DNA of 58,560 nucleotides, filler included, from Basidiobolus meristosporus CBS 931.73 (Eukaryota; Fungi; Basidiobolomycota): NCBI GenBank assembly GCA_002104905.1. It is 3 parts of 3 records of this genome, joined end to end, with 100 filler letters (N's around TTAATTAATTAA, not from the genome) between each part and the next. Parts side by side here need not be neighbours in the genome. Positions count along the whole stretch, not along the records: positions 45,934 to 58,560 come from MCFE01001237.1; 2 more parts are not named here. One strand, 5' to 3'. Shown piece by piece: positions 57,284 to 58,560 of this stretch (position 1 is its first letter; each line of letters starts with the position of its first letter). The notes under the pieces were generated by a model. It saw only the letters and a program-made list of their open reading frames with translations, ran no database searches and was not told where the DNA came from. The position numbers and the translations under genes were made by a program.

Positions 57284-58493
57284 ATGAAGCGTACACTTGT
57301 TGCATTCAAACCATTCGCCTCTCGTGCACTTGGCATGGCCGGCAGCAGAAATATGCTTCGATTCAACTTAGTTCAAGGACAAAGGGCTTTTGCAACCAGT
57401 CAAGGCCCTGACCAAGTCGTAGATGAGCAGAAGGAGAGGTAAATTCCCTTCTTTGCTAAAATTTCTATTTTTACGCAAATCTGCTTTTCATATCGTACAA
57501 TATCATTAATTCTATACTGCTGTTAAAAGGCTTACCCCTCCACCTGCCAAACCCCGACCAGATACAGACATACCTTCTAAAATCCTTGAAGCCTCCCTTC
57601 CGTTTGTTCGCACTTACGGCTGGTCCACTGGTTCAATTGCGAAAGGAGCACAGGCTTTAGGATACCTACCAGTGACACATGGCCTTTTCCCAAATGGGGG
57701 CTTGGATCTTGTTGATTACTTCATGGAAGATGCTAGACTTAAAACCGTCCAGAGCTTGGAGGGAAATTAGAAGGGTAGCCACGCTTATGTTCCAACAAAA
57801 TATTCGAAGTTTACTCAAGTTACCTGATTGTAGTCTCTCGACCACCGAGAAAGTACGAAAGGCCTGTATTACTCGCCTACAGCATACAATGCCATACGCA
57901 GAAAGTTGGCCCGAGGTAACTCCTGATCCCGCAGTATTTCGAAGACACAAAGATTGATTTGAAACATAGGCTGCAGCGATCTTGGCGGAACCGTGGAATG
58001 CTCCGGTGGCTATGCGCCATTTGAGCAGCTTGGTGGACGATATTTGGTACTTGGCTGGAGACAAGAGCTTTGATGTACGGAAAATCAGCCAACCTCTCAT
58101 AGACACAGAAATTAATCCAGATTTTATTGTAGTTTAATTGGTATACAAAGCGCTTCCTGTTGTCCGGCGTTTACACCTCGACCGGTATCTAGATCTCGTT
58201 AGTTGTATGGAAACAACCGCAACACCGCTAACCTTGCATTAGAGATGTACATGACCAAGGACCATTCACCTGACTTCACCAATACGCTTGAATTTCTCGA
58301 TAGACGCCTAGAAGATGTTGCAAAATCGGAGGCGCCACACAAGAGGTAGATTCAAACACTCACCCGGTTGCCAACCAGGGCTAATTTCCGCTAATTTCCA
58401 CTGTAGATCTCCATGCTGGCCTCATTTGGATTCCAGACAGCGCGTGGTATTTTGAACTCGGTAAGCTCCAGTACGAAAGCATTTCTCACATGA
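57284..58493 (+). CDS. COQ9: Ubiquinone biosynthesis protein COQ9, mitochondrial, about six exons
   Basis: Presequence-like N-terminus. Spliced reading gives ILEASLPFVRTYGWS..GLFPNGGLDLVDYF, VRKACITRL..WPE, LVDDIWYLAGD, FNWYTKR..VYTSTEMYMTKDHSPDFTNTLEFLDRRLEDV, with GT..AG introns. Needs +1 A at 57764-57766 and at 58322-58325. Last exon end uncertain. Confidence 0.9.
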
Positions 58494-58560
58494 TGGCTTA
58501 AACCAATTCAACTATGACAGAGAGGAATTCGCATCTGATAGGTGTATCGATTCATGCTTT

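Overview
Eukaryotic, most likely fungal, DNA. Evidence: spliceosomal introns in COQ9, an AA11-type LPMO, an intron-containing tRNA-Tyr and no encoded CCA ends. An early-diverging lineage is my inference, not proven. The window has three compartments. (1) 1-25.6 kb and 45.9-54.8 kb are nested, CpG-depleted transposon debris: CACTA/EnSpm-like (tnp2) remnants, five Ty1/copia copies of different ages, and a second LTR family. (2) One 20-kb contig between two scaffold gaps (25708-45833) holds a Pol III island of one 5S rRNA gene and 30 tRNA genes (20 anticodons, 18 amino acids, all eight A34/inosine isoacceptors). It includes an apparently perfect 2 x 2482 bp palindrome around a 112-bp spacer and a Ser-Ile tRNA dimer. 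It also holds two near-identical, very young Ty3/gypsy copies: one ends 7 bp from the 5S gene start, the other 6 bp from the mirror position of the tRNA-Ala start. (3) Host genes at the right end: a secreted AA11-like LPMO with a CBM5/12 module, and COQ9. At least seven single-base deletions in homopolymer runs, two of them in COQ9, look like consensus errors, so several 'frameshifted' elements may be intact. All alignments and counts were done by eye.
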